NCBI RefSeq assembly: GCF_020745735.1
Contig: NW_026867487.1
Span: forward strand, 4,357,239 to 4,421,238
Direction: 5' to 3'
Length of the DNA: 64,000 bases
From: Hemiscyllium ocellatum
Taxonomy: Eukaryota
Shown: piece by piece, positions 1-12,105 of the stretch
Position numbering within the stretch: position 1 is the first letter of the stretch
How the letters are laid out: each line of letters begins with the position of its first letter
Translations under genes and position numbers: made by a program
Notes under the pieces: model-generated
What the model saw: only the letters and a program-made list of their open reading frames with translations
Told to the model about the DNA's origin: nothing
Databases searched by the model: none

Positions 1-134
1 AAGGTCGTCCTATCGCACGACTTGCAGGAAATGACAAAAAACTAAACGTAATCCAAGCTGACAGCGTTTTCTTCTTGGATGTTCTGCAGACTTTTGAGAC
101 ACAAAATTTGACATCGAATTCCAAACCAGCAACG

Positions 135-1223
135 ATGTTACTGTCCGTTCTCTCTCTGACCTGCATTACCTCCATTGTTGGTAAGGAGTTTAAAAAGAAG
201 TTAAATTGACGGTTTAATGTATTTGAGAGACAGAGTGCACGGATTTAACGAATATTAGAGCTACTTCAAAGCAAGCTTTGTACTTGCACGCAATTCTGGT
301 CTCTGTCTTCCACAAAAAAGTAGGGATACAAAGTGCAACAGAAAAGTAATTTATACAGAAGTTACTGGAATTGAAATTAGGACAGAAATCAACATCTCCG
401 CTTGCGTCCATTTCTCCCCTAAAAGGAACACTACAGGGTATCTAGATTGATGTCTTTATAATGGTGAAAGGATCTTATGTTCGGGTCACGAAGCAACATA
501 GTACAGTTGAGGAGGATTCCAGGTTTATACATATAAATAAGCAAGGTTAAACGGCACAAAATTATCTATTGAGGATGTTAGGGGAAAAATAATAACAGCT
601 GTTTATCCGGAGAACAGGTACAATAGGTTTTTATTAGCACAAGGGGTAGTTAGAGTGACGAAAAAAGATGCACTTAAAAGGAAAGCAGATAAGCAGGAGA
701 GGGAGAAAGGGATTGAGAGACCCACTTTTAAAATGAAAGGGAGAAATAAGTGAGTATGCTTGTGGTTATTATGCACACAGCCATGAGGCCAACGACCTGA
801 ACGAGCCACTTCTCCTCTAAATTATATCTATTTTGAAGATATCATCAATTTCTAAGTTTAGTTTACCTTAATCGAACATTTAATCTTTGTTTTCTGCTTT
901 CCCTAATCTTGTGTTCTAGATCTGAGCGATGCAGTTCCTGTTAATCAACGGTATCTTTCGTTAACGCAGACAGAGGGACAAGATGTCACGTTAAATTGCA
1001 ACTACACTGAAGATGGTTATTACATATTCTGGTACCGTCAGTACTCAGGCAGAGAGCCAGAGTTTGCAGTTCGGAGGCACAAGAGCGGTGGTGCTGAATT
1101 GAAGGCAGATTTTGCTAGGACCGGGTTTTCTGTTACCTTCCAGAAGACAGAGAAGTTGTGCCAATTGACCATCTCGCAGCTTCTGCTGTCTGACACCGCC
1201 GTCTATTACTGTGCAATCAGCCT
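135..1223 (+). CDS. TRAV/TRDV: TCR alpha/delta-type V segment, family A copy 1 (leader 135-180, V exon 920-1223)
   Basis: Leader MLLSVLSLTCITSIV+G with GTAAGG donor at 181 (phase 1); TTCTAG acceptor ends at 919. Open V exon DLSDAVPVNQRYLSLTQTEGQDVTLNCNYTEDGYYIFWYRQYSGREPEFAVRRHKSGGAELKADFARTGFSVTFQKTEKLCQLTISQLLLSDTAVYYCAIS has Cys23, WYRQ and DTAVYYC, and is directly followed by a 23-RSS. Alpha versus delta usage cannot be decided from germline sequence. Confidence 0.92.
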
Positions 1224-1262
1224 CACAGTGACAGAAAGGAGTGAAAGCCTTGTATAATAACT
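1224..1262 (+). promoter_or_regulatory. 23-bp-spacer recombination signal sequence of VA1
   Basis: CACAGTG (1224-1230) + 23 nt + ATAATAACT (1254-1262); consensus nonamer is ACAAAAACC. Confidence 0.9.
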
Positions 1263-2319
1263 GCCGCGTGTTTCCGGGTCACAGCTGCTGTTGTTGAGGG
1301 CTGTTTGTAACAGTAGGTTGCAGAATTAATCTTCATCTTCATGTGCAGGATATGTCCCAGAGGACTGATCCCGTCATCAGCATTTACACTTGTTCACTTC
1401 GCATGTTGTTTCTGATTCTTTCATTGTGTGAGGACCGAGTATCCTGCTGTTTATTTGGGAATGTCAAGAGACACCTCATTCAAATTCATTGAGAATCAAA
1501 TATATGCAGTTGGCCTGGCACTAACCATTTCCGTGTACCACCCTTTTCGAAATGAAATGGAACAAATAACTTTCAATGTGAAATTTCTTAATGGGGAGTA
1601 GAAAGTAGTGAGAAGAATCTTAATATTTAAACAAATCCAATTGAACAACTATTATAATACTAACAATAAAGGTTACATTCTACAACGTAACAAGTTAAAG
1701 GGCGTTATTTTCAGAATATGATGAGACGATAAGAACAATGATATTGACGGCAATAATCTGGAAGGACAGGCGTGGGGTTCTCTTGGATTACCTTTTATAT
1801 TCGAGGGAATATAAAAGCCTTTTAATTTTTAAATGTGCTAATTGTGCAGAACATTTGAAGGACGTTTAGATATCTGCACTCGCCAGCTAAGGCTGAATTA
1901 ATACTTGAATAACAATAATTATTTCATTTTTCCTCTTATCTATCCGGTGATTCTTTCCTGTTTCAGTAAAATATTCAGGAATGACTGGAAGAGTCAGGTC
2001 AGATAGTTTTGGAGTCTTGTCTCTCACAAATCTTTTGAGGTATAAAATGGCATAAAATCCCCAATCACATTTTAAATGAAGTTCAGAATACACCTTATGT
2101 AGGTGGAGCAGAGGAACCCATTTTCAATGCAGCGATTATATGGTCATTTCTCAATTCAGTTATTTTTCAGAAAACACATGGAAAGACCTGTTTTTCTACA
2201 TTCTGCACCTCCCGCGCAAACCCTGATATCTATTCTGTTCAGTTTATCACATTACATGTCTGTTTTGTTATCGGCTCCCACTGGTTTGCATTACCATAAC
2301 CCTTAGCTTGCAGTAATAC

Positions 2320-2722
2320 ACGACGTTGTTGGGACCCTCCAACCCCATGGCATCAATGTGGATTTCACCAGTTTCCTCATTTCCTCATTTCCTCATTTCC
2401 TCTCACTCAACCAATCCAGATCCAAATTTAAAACTCGGCCCTGCCCTCCTGACCTGTCCTACCCGTCCATCTTTCTTCCCACTTATCCACTCCACGCTCT
2501 CCTCCGACCTATCACCTTCACCCCACCTCCATCTACCTATGCACACTCATCTCCCTTCACCCTCACACCCACTTCACTCCCATTTATCCCACCACCATCT
2601 CGGTTCACAGCCTCATTAATGAAGAAGGGTTCTTGCTGAAAGGTCGATCTTTCCTGCTCCTCGGATGCTGCCTGGCCTGATATGCTTTTTCAGCTTCCTC
2701 GACTCTAATCTCCAGCCTCTGC
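2320..2722 (+). mobile_element. Penelope-like element 3' fragment (paralogues ~25911-26310 and ~42676-43070)
   Basis: Encodes the GIY-YIG C-terminal tail LGTLQPHGINVDFTSF, then a C-rich UTR and the terminal motif ...GAAGAAGGG...GAAA(C)GTCGAT...GATGCTGCCTGG also seen at the ends of the large PLE. Confidence 0.75.
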
Positions 2723-3840
2723 CATCCTACGTTCTCCTACGTTGTCAGACAGCTCAGGTTACCTATAGTAAACTTCCACTTATATTTCTAAACATCCATC
2801 GATGCAGACAATCGAGCACGAGTGCAGTTTGCTGTAAAAGCATGCCCATATTTTAAAAAATCGATGAATAATATTGCATCAGTTACCCGACTCCTGACGG
2901 CACAATTCCAAGGGCTCTTTTACTGAATGAATATTCACCACATATCTTTAGAACTGTGTCACTGTAACCAGCTCCTGTGATATCATATGTGCGCAAGTAA
3001 TATCTAAGGAAATATAGACAGAAAATGAAGTCAAAATAACGATGATAATCAATGTTATGTAGTTAAAGCTTATATTGCAAGACCAAGAAACATAGCTGAA
3101 CAGGTGATTGTCATAACCATGCTCACAAGCAGTGATCGTATTACAACATACGAACTTACCATTTAAAGGAGTTGCAGCAGAACAAATAATAAAAGCCAAT
3201 ATGTTTTTAGAGCGGATGGTGACTGGAACAAGGGATCGAAGCTGAATAGCTTCATTTAAGCATCAATGATATGTCACGTCCAGTCTCCATGCTAATTAGT
3301 TCATTTCTGACATAGTCACCCAATCGCCTTTCAGCTCCATTGTACTCCAATTCTAGAGACCAACGTTTGGTTATGTGTACCCCTAATGGGAGCTGGAGGA
3401 GTCAATTTAGTCTGTCGAAATTTCCGCACCAGATAATGAAGCCGTGGTTGACTTGCCTCACTGTGAAAAGAATCCTCAAATAACTCCTGCCCTTTAGGAC
3501 TCACTAACCCTTCGACGTTGTCTGAAATATATTCAGTACAATGGCTGAAATATTTTGTGATAACAGAATTAAGTTTGGAATGAGCATTAATTTGAATTTG
3601 TGTTTTTATATAGAGTAACTGTGGGTCGTTCATTGGTAATATTTAATATTGTGGTACGAGTATTACGCTCTGTCATTAATTGTGCTGCCCACTGATCAGA
3701 AAAACCCACACAACAATTCTTTCAAAGAAATGTACTGAAGTGTCAGTATGTGATAAGCTGTAATGAACAGAAATCAGTGGGTAGCATCTGTCACCAAGAA
3801 AACTGGGGCATTTCTTCTTCGAGGATTTTACTCATTTCCA

Positions 3841-4142
3841 GCACTGAATTGCAGTTAGAGATCACGCAGTCACTCTGCAGCAGCTCTGATATGATTAATT
3901 GGTACAACCAATCTGCTTGCTGGAAAGCATGAGCGCTTTAACCTAAGTGAAATCCGCCTTCAACTCAGCAGCACACATCGTGCGACTCCAGAATGCGACC
4001 TCAGATTCTGTGACTGGTCACGGAACATGCAAAAACAAGGCATCAGCGTTACCAGTGTACGTGCAGTTCAAAGTGACATCTTCTCTGTGTTTGTGTGTGA
4101 GGGAGGGCTCACTCTTATTGACATGAACTGCATCGATCAGGT
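3841..4142 (-). pseudogene. Inverted decayed family-A V (psi-VA, unit 1)
   Basis: Minus strand reads DLIDAVHVNKSEPSLTHKHREDVTLNCTYTG...AELKADF...LYQLIISELLQSD, colinear with VA. It has stops, no WYRQ, a degraded YYC, a non-AG acceptor and no intact RSS. Confidence 0.8.
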
Positions 4143-4799
4143 CAGGAACAAGAGAGGAGGAAATGGAAATCCAGAAATTAAACGTTCGCTCGATTGAAGT
4201 TGAAGATGGAAGTTCACGGGTTAGCAACAACAATTGATCGCAGTAACCACAAGCGTCATGCCTTTTTCCTCGCTCATTCTACCTACGAATCAGTCCATCC
4301 TTTCTCCCACCCAAGTTTTTTCTTGTCTTCTTTTAAATGCATCTTTGTTGCCCTCTCCAAACACTCCTGGTAGTGATGACATACTCGTTCTACTTGTTCT
4401 CAGCTAAATAATAAATGGTGATGAACTGATTAAGCAAATTCAATATTGTTTTGTTACCATTGCTGGAATATGAGTCACGATTCTTCTCTCACTTTGCTTG
4501 CATTACCTATTTTAATACATAGCCACGATTGCATTTGTTTACCAATTAACTGACGAATCGTGACTATATTCAACTTCTTTTATTAATATGGTTGAAAGCT
4601 GAGTCAGGATTATTCAGACAATTTATCGGGATTATTAGCTCGAGAGCATAACCACGATGTTATATAATCCATAGTTAATTTGGTGAAATCACAGACACGA
4701 TGACAGAGTTCCCACTTGTGGTGATGAGAGAAACATGATCTGTCTCTGCAAAATTACTGAATTTCCAAATAATTGAAAGAGGTTAGTGTCTGGTTCCGC

Positions 4800-4965
4800 A
4801 AATTATTGTTATTATTATTATTAATAGTATTCGAATTGTTATTATCATCATCATCATTGTCATCATCATCATCATCATCATCGCTATCATCACCATTATC
4901 AATGTCGTCATCACCATCATCGCTATCATCACCATCATCATCATCATCATAATTATTATCATACA
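4800..4965. repeat. (TAT)n/(CAT)n trinucleotide low-complexity tract (paralogues ~28150-28290, ~45200-45300)
   Basis: Visible ATT/CAT repeats of different length in each unit; source of the poly-D/N ORFs. Confidence 0.9.
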
Positions 4966-5394
4966 TCTTAATGCAGATGCACAATTGCTCGGAAAAATAT
5001 CAACTTGTGTTGTTTCACACCTTCTACTGTTTATTTATTTTCAATATCCCAAACGGATCCTTCCAACCAAAGTAGAACGGCAGTGGTCACCACAATTTCC
5101 ACAAGTTCACGCAAATCAAGTCGATAGATGTGATCCTAGTTGTTATGTTCGATGTTTTTCGTTCCAGTTGAAACTTAACGAAGCACAGTGGGTTGTGACT
5201 TCTGTGTCAATTATAACAGCTCACATGATTTCACTTCTGCGTTGAAAAATGGAGTATCAGTTGCCGAAATCTGCAGATCGTCGATTTAGGAAAGCATGAC
5301 AGAGATTCCTGGGTAGAGGACAAAATAGAATTACGCAGAAAGTTTCAGTTTCCATTGAACAGCAAGTTTTATTAACTGCAAACTGCAGTTTGGA

Positions 5395-5515
5395 AGGACT
5401 GCAGATGCTGGCAATCAGAGTCCATAAGTTGTGGAGATGGGACGAGACAGCTGGTCAGATAGTATCAGAGGAGCAGGAAAAACTACATTGCATGTCGGGA
5501 CCCTTCATCTTGACT
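5395..5515 (-). mobile_element. Short Penelope-type terminal fragment (paralogues ~28715-28840, ~45715-45845)
   Basis: CTGCAGATGCTGG...GGTCAGACAGCATCAGAGGAGCAGGAAAA...GGGACCCTTCATC resembles the reverse complement of the PLE terminal motif seen elsewhere in the window. Confidence 0.5.
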
Positions 5516-5769
5516 GATGAAATGTAGAAAATGCGACGTGCATCCAGGATAAATGCTCCTAGAAAACAGAACTAATGCTTTTATCAATCACTCAAGTGTT
5601 AGTTACTAACTAAATTACTTTCCCAGAACTTTACCCGCGAGCTGCAAGGACGGGACCAAAACTGGCAAGCACCAGACCTGTTAGTTATCATTGCATTTCG
5701 ATATAAAAAAGTTTCGAAGCAAAATTTGTGCTACTCGGAGAAAATCTCAAATTGTTGGTAGCATGTTAG

Positions 5770-5870
5770 ATTGCCTAGCATGGAGGTGAAACGTCTGAGA
5801 GCATACTCACCAGCTCAGCGAGCAAACCAACAACTTGATCCACAACCTGAGCTACAAATCTTCGGCAAAC
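5770..5870 (+). mobile_element. Second Penelope-type 3' terminal fragment (also ~14655-14760, ~29095-29200, ~46100-46205, ~54990-55095)
   Basis: Recurrent motif TGAAACGTCTG...CCAGCTCAGCGAGCAAAC...CACAACCTGAGCTACAAATCTTC occurs at two non-paralogous sites per full unit. The family assignment rests on recalled similarity to shark repeats. Confidence 0.5.
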
Positions 5871-7824
5871 TCTTAATATCAAACATTGTTTAAGAACAAT
5901 CTCAAGCAGTCTGATTCACAGGTTGTCTGTAGCTTTGATGTTCGCTACTTTGTTGACAGATTTTCAAGAGAGACACGATCTTATTGAGAGTCATTGTCAC
6001 GCGCATTTTCCTGGTGTCATGTCGTAGTCTCTACCATAGAGATATGCAGAGCTTTATGGCACTATATTGTGAAGGTGGAATGTACTTTATCTGATTTCAG
6101 AAGCATTCAGCGTGAGGTGCTGTATAAATGTAAGTCAGGAAATCGGGTAGCACAAAGTACAGTTCCCACCCCAAAAGTATGCAACAGGAATAGCAATGAA
6201 CTGGCATCCATTATTACATCCATTGGCGAGAGTGCCATCTGTTCTGACACTAATCTCATTCTTATGCATCTTGCATGAAATTTTTAACATAAAGTTGGAA
6301 CGTCCAGGATGTTTCAAGTTAAAAGCACTTTTCATCGATTAATTTTCACTGGGAAACCATCATGATCAGAAGCAAGCCGTTTGCTGTATTTTACGAAGAA
6401 GGTTCGATGTCTCAGTGCATCCCACATTGAACACCAACGTTTTTGCTCATCCCCAAATCTGGGTTCTTGTTTTCTTTTATCTCGTGAACGAATTTACAAA
6501 GGATTAGTTTCTTGTGCCTGGTTTATGGGGTGAATCAACGCCCAATGGAATAGCGTAGTTTGAGAATGCAGCTCACCAACGTTTTCTTTAGGGGAAATAT
6601 AAGTAGACAATAATTGCTGCCATAGTTAGTGTTGTCTGTATCCCATGAACTATTTCTATAAATCATATTGGAACCATCTCAGAATTCTTGTTTAAAACAA
6701 TCAAGATACAAAATCAACCAAGCGTCAACAGCACTGCTCTTTTACTTAAAATAGTTCCAATTGAATTAAAATATCAAACAATCTAAATATGTCTCTGAAA
6801 CTCAGCATAAAGCATAAAGTTGGGACTTTGGAATAGCACTTTGGAATAGATTGTGCTTCGAGATCATGATGGAAATGCACAGATCAGTAACAGTGCTTTC
6901 TATTTTCGGCCCCATCTTTGCAGCTATCTGGATTCTGAGTCATGTATTGCAGTTCTGTCGTAGTCTTGAATGATTGGTGACTGAATTAGTTCTATTTTCC
7001 AGTAGCATAAATCCTTGATAGACATCTCATTTCAAATATTTAATTATCTATATTTCACCCTTCAACAACGTTGTTTTCTTGTTAGCTGGCGTACTTTCTC
7101 CTCTTTCACGGAATAATTCAACATTATTGACCTGTCATTTCGAACAATTATTTCTTCCAATTACTGAACAACTTCGTTTGACTTAAGTGCATGGTCCTGT
7201 TTTTGTCATCAATTGTATGTTTATATCTTGGCTTCAGCAATGTTACGCAATTCTTTTATCATTAGGTTAATTACGTTGGCCGTGCTAAATTGCTTGATAG
7301 TGTCCAAGGATGTACGTGCAATCACAGTGCATTATTTATAATTCATTAATGCCAAGAAATTAGCGCACAATCCTGGTCTGAAATGTTGGTTAGCTATACA
7401 TTTGACATTCCCATTCATACTCTGAGTGAATTCATGCACTATTTCGGATGATTAACGCATGTCTTGATGCAATTTTCAAACTGTTCTAACCGTGAATAAG
7501 CAATGGCTATCGTTGTCAAAATGTTAATCTATTGCATTGTTACACAGCGCTTCTGTAAAATGCATTTACTGATCTGTCATGGTTTTGTGACTATGATTGT
7601 AAACAAATTACTATCTGTTTGTGAATGTGATTTTGTCATGTGATTAATTGCGACAGTCACAGAAAATTACCCAGAGCGGATTTCCTGACTGGAAGCTTGA
7701 AATCATATAATTCCCATCTGAATGTAAAAAATATATTTACTGACGGAATATTTCTGAAGCAAGATGCTGGCAAGTGGCAAGCACTGTTAACTTGGCCATT
7801 TCAAAAACGTCCATTATTTTCTCC

Positions 7825-7838
7825 ACATTAGAGGGCGC
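7825..7838 (+). promoter_or_regulatory. Weak CTCF-like motif (paralogue 48182-48195; deleted in unit 2)
   Basis: ACATTAGAGGGCGC matches 12/14 of CCASYAGRKGGCRS. Confidence 0.25.
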
Positions 7839-8089
7839 AGTGTTTCTGTTGTCAACATGTGACATTTTCTGTTCCAACTTTGCTCCTAAAATGGTTCTAA
7901 ACTGAGGACTGCTCAATGCAGAATTTCTTTCTGCAAACACCCAACAACATGGTGAATTTCGACCATTAGAAGGGATGACACTTTTCCACAATTGAAGAAA
8001 AAAATTGTTGGTGGCAATTCAGACGAGGGTCACTCACTTGATTCTTGACATGATGTGGTTGTCTTATGAAGAAAGATTGTTTCTAAAAT

Positions 8090-8585
8090 GTACTGGAATA
8101 CTCCCAGTTACCTGTACGAGTGCAGCCCAACAACACTTGTGAAATTCGACAAAATCCAGGACAAAGGACAACTATAGATTTTCAGGATTTCTGCAAGTAT
8201 CCACTCCCTTCAGCGCCGATGCTGAGAAGCAAAAGTATGCATTATCCACAAGATGCATTGCAAAAATTTGCCTTCGACATATTCTTAGACAGCACCTTCC
8301 AAATTCACGACCGCATGAGTTAAGAAGGGAAAGGACAGCAGATATTGGGATTACCAACACCCGAAAGTTCCCATCTGAGTCATTCACCATCCTGAATTGA
8401 AAACACGTCGCAGTTCCTTCATTGTCGCTTGGTGAGAGCGTGAAAGTCCTTCGCGAGTGGCATTGTTGGTCTACCTACAGCACGAGCATTGCCGTGGTTT
8501 AAGAAGGCCACCTTCACTACCTCCTACTGGAGGACAACCTTTTTGGATTAGCAATGAATTTACTCCAATGCAAACACATCCCGCC
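8090..8585 (+). mobile_element. Old CR1-group LINE 3' fragment (paralogue ~48445-48940)
   Basis: Degenerate GGAATACTCCCAGTTACC...GCAGCCCAACAACAC...ATCCAGGACAAAG...GACAGCACCTTCCAAA...CCATCCTGA resembles, from recall, a common elasmobranch LINE end (EYSPLAW..AAPTTL..LD.IQDKA region). Confidence 0.55.
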
Positions 8586-8663
8586 TCAGCTGAGGACCAA
8601 ACACTCAAAGTTCTACCTGTGGTCTCGCTGATGCCTTGCATCGTTGAAGAAAGGTTTTGCAGT

Positions 8664-9070
8664 TGTTGCGACAGATGGGCTGATGAACTGCAAGTGGAAT
8701 TCTATTTAGATAAGTCTGTGGTTGTGTTCTTTGGTACGACAAACAAGGCAAGGGAATCAATAATAAATGGTAATAACCCATGAAAGTTCCTTGGATCGGG
8801 GGTATCTCAGTATGCATGTGCACCGAGAACTAAGGGAATGGGAAAGAATGCATATGGGATTCATTGCTTTGTCAGTCATGGTGAAATTATGAAAGACATA
8901 GATCGGGTATCGAGAGACGAACTTTCAACTTGGTGAAAAGATCAGTGGCCGAGGGCATAAATCATAAATGTGAAACACAACTGGTTTAGAGGGATGTGAG
9001 GAAATGTATTTTCATCGACAGGATGGGGGAGAATCTAGAATTAACTGCCTTTCATGGAATTAGAGGCAGA
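8664..9070 (+). mobile_element. Degenerate CR1 reverse-transcriptase C-terminal fragment (paralogues ~29531-29935, ~49020-49425)
   Basis: DRWADELQVEFYLDKSVVVFFGTTNKARESIINGN aligns with the CR1 ORF2 motif in the young copy at 58.9 kb (SWAERWQMEFKVAKRVVIHFGRSNK). Confidence 0.7.
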
Positions 9071-9772
9071 CACACCCATTTAGATATGTTCTTGCTGCAC
9101 CAAAGTACACATGCGAGAACAGTTAGTTTTTCTGACCAGCGTTTATTCGATTGGATAAAATTATTTTTAATTAGAGAAAGAAAAAAACAAAGGTAGAGGT
9201 TTCAAATAAGGATCATCGTCTCTCAGGCGAGGTGAGAGGTTAAGATGGCGAGTGATTCGTGGTAACCTAAGCTGGCCTATGAATTGAACTCACATGTTTG
9301 TCATCAATTTGCATTCCAAACCAGCCAACCAGCCAAGTGAACGGACCAATCCCCCGAGAATAAGAGCACTACATAATTTATTGAATTAAAAGAGTTTTCA
9401 AGATATATGGTCAGCGAAGTGAAGAAGGGACTTTGATAGCAATGAAACGTTCTGAGAAGATACGAAATGAAGCATGACCTCTTGCATTTCCATATAATCC
9501 GGTGTGGTTCATGCTGGATCATCAAACATTTGTAGTTATTTTAGTTTTGCATAATTATTTGGAAGCAAAGAACTTGAAAATTGCTTGAAAAAAAATAGGA
9601 TCAGCAGATATATGGTATTCAGCGATCAGGATCTGATATAGATATTCCACTGTACAAATAATTTTACAGCATTTCTTAATATAGCACATAATTTACGGTT
9701 TGGGAGGTTGAGCCCAGAGATGATTGCCAATAATGCTGCTTATATCCATACTGTTAGGAAGGACGAGTGTTA

Positions 9773-9995
9773 NNNNNNNNNNNNNNNNNNNNNNNNNNNN
9801 NNNNNNNNNNNNNNNNNNNNNNNNNNNNNNNNNNNNNNNNNNNNNNNNNNNNNNNNNNNNNNNNNNNNNNNNNNNNNNNNNNNNNNNNNNNNNNNNNNNN
9901 NNNNNNNNNNNNNNNNNNNNNNNNNNNNNNNNNNNNNNNNNNNNNNNNNNNNNNNNNNNNNNNNNNNNNNNNNNNNNNNNNNNNNNNNNNNNNNN
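9773..9995. other. Assembly gap (223 N)
   Basis: Run of N immediately before a GA-rich microsatellite. Confidence 0.99.
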
Positions 9996-10185
9996 AAGTA
10001 AGAGAGAAAGAGAGAAAGAAAGAGATAGAGAAAGAAAGAAGAGAGACAGAGAGAAAGCAAGAAAGCAAGCAAGAAAGAAAGAAGGAAAGAAAGAGTGAGA
10101 AAGAAAAATTAGAGAAAGAAACAAAGGAGAGAAAAAATAGAGAGCGAGAAAGACAGAGAGAAAGAAATAAAGAAAGAAAGAAACA
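9996..10185. repeat. GA/GAAA-rich microsatellite (paralogues ~30660-30910, 50397-50495)
   Basis: AGAGAGAAAG/AAAGAAAG repeats; source of the K/E/R-rich ORFs. Confidence 0.9.
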
Positions 10186-11489
10186 AGTTTTAAATGATAC
10201 CTAAAAGTGGCAAATATCGGGAAAAAAAACCTGAAGATATCCCTTCTTGTTCCTTTCTTTTCCGAAATAGTGACATTGTGATATCACAATTCTCTTGAAG
10301 GCATTGACACAAACAACAAACTTGATATTTCTGGTTCTATTGTTGCTGCGATGTACCAATCTGAAATAAGCATTGCACAGTCTGCTTTACTGTCGAGTGA
10401 GGGCATTTCAGCATCTTCAACTTCTCTCCAAACTTTTTCTTAGCTATTCATCGATGAAGACATTATTGCAGGAACACAGAAACTGCAGCATGCTTTTTTT
10501 GTTTCTTGAACGATAGACTGAGTGTCATTGAAATCCAAGCTGCTGACACATCCATGACCTGTAACCTGATTGTGCAGAAAGTACACAACATAGGTGGCCA
10601 GCAAGAGGAGAAAGGTGATCAATATAGCGAAGAGAAGAACAATGGAGTTATTACGATGAGCCATCTCCTGATCTTTATCATTCTCAGAGCCCCGGCGCTT
10701 TGGCGGGCTCTGCTGGCCGCTAAGATATGTCTTACAGTCAGGACATTGAGCAAAGAAATTCGGAAGAAAGGGAAATGGGGACTAGGATGTGATACAGCCA
10801 GTCATCTGCCTGCCAGATGAGCGAAGTGTAGAAACTGGATTTGGTCACACAGAACCGCAGCACCCTGTCCACAGTGCAAAAATGTTTGAAGACGATGTAG
10901 AAAGGAACATTATTGCTGTATCTCACGAAGCAGACCATTCCTATAACTAGCGATCAGTTTTCTCTCTGCAGTGTCAGGTCTTGAGGCTTTGGCAGGAGAT
11001 GGGCACAAAATGGCCAATGGCAAAGACAACAGTCAGCCAAACTTAGCCTTCCCTCATTACATAGGCCTGCACAAAGGTGTTGTGGAGAGTACACTGTTCC
11101 GAAAATAAATGCTTCCAATTCGGTTTAGGATGATAACATTGATGTTACTAAACACATCAGTTGTCCCTATTGCCACGAGCTGGTAGGCGACGCACTGTGA
11201 AAGACCATAATGACACAGGCTTAGATTATGATCACCACGAATCTAGCTGCAAAGGGGCAGAAGGGATAGATGCGATATAAATGATTCCAAATCCCAGCTG
11301 CAGTTTGCTTTGCTTCATTTTGGAAGTCCCTTCAACTGTTCCTTTTCCATCTATTCATTAACTGTTCTAAATCCCTTGGTAATTGATGGTATCGAATAGT
11401 GGATTATTCGTTTGTGAATGCCTAATGCATGTCAATCAACCTCTCTGAACAATTATTCTCTCCAGTGTGGCAGTAGTCTACTTTCATAC

Positions 11490-11837
11490 AAGCCCTACGT
11501 ATAGAAACAGTCCATTCTGCCCGCCAAGTCCACACCAACCTGAAAATCGCTTTCCATCCACTCACATCACACAAATCTATCCCTGCAACCCTGCGTTTCC
11601 CATGGTTAATCCATCACGGCTACACACTGCTGAGCACTAAGGTCAATTTAGCATGGCCAATCGACTTCTAATCTGCATATCGTTGATATGTGGGAGGAAA
11701 GCGTGAGTACAGAGTAAGCCATGCAGGCACGAGGAGAATTAGCAAACTCCACACAGACAGTCGCCCAAGAATGGGTTTGAACCTGGGCCGCTGGTGCTGC
11801 CAAGTACCAGTGCTAATCATTGAGCCATCATGCTGCC
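11490..11837 (-). mobile_element. Old HE1-like tRNA-derived SINE (paralogues ~32221-32561, ~51805-52144)
   Basis: Diverged match to the young copies at 38.2 and 62.5 kb (CAATTTAGCATGGCCAAT, TGTGGGAGGAAA, GCAAACTCCACACAGACAGTC). Present in all three units, so it predates the duplications. Confidence 0.8.
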
Positions 11838-11959
11838 TTGAAGGGACACTTGTTCTGTGTAATTTCTCTTAGAGACTGGTGTTGTCACACTGTGCTAGAA
11901 TGGCTGTTTCAGAACCAATGATCAAATAACTAGGAATTTCTTGAGCGTTTCTTTATTGA

Positions 11960-12067
11960 ATTAGACGAAGGAAATATAAGTGGCTGAAGTCAGGCTCATG
12001 GAGACCTGCGATTTTAATTTTGCTTTCAGTTGGGATTTGGAGTTGGCTGTTGAAGCTGATTGATACA

Positions 12068-12105
<38 letters not shown>

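Noticed and set aside
3459-3465. CACTGTG heptamer
   Set aside because: No nonamer at 12 or 23 nt on either side and no V or J coding features. It is mutated in unit 3 and deleted in unit 2.
4754-4984. Asp/Asn-rich ORF (also 28106-28312, 45050-45316)
   Set aside because: Translation of a CAT/TAT microsatellite whose length varies between units.
7323-7361. CACAGTG with possible 23-spaced nonamer
   Set aside because: The best nonamer match is about 5/9 and there is no upstream V.
9693-10204. Long K/E/R- or F/L/S-rich ORFs across the gaps (also 50032-50619)
   Set aside because: Artefacts of N runs plus GA microsatellite.
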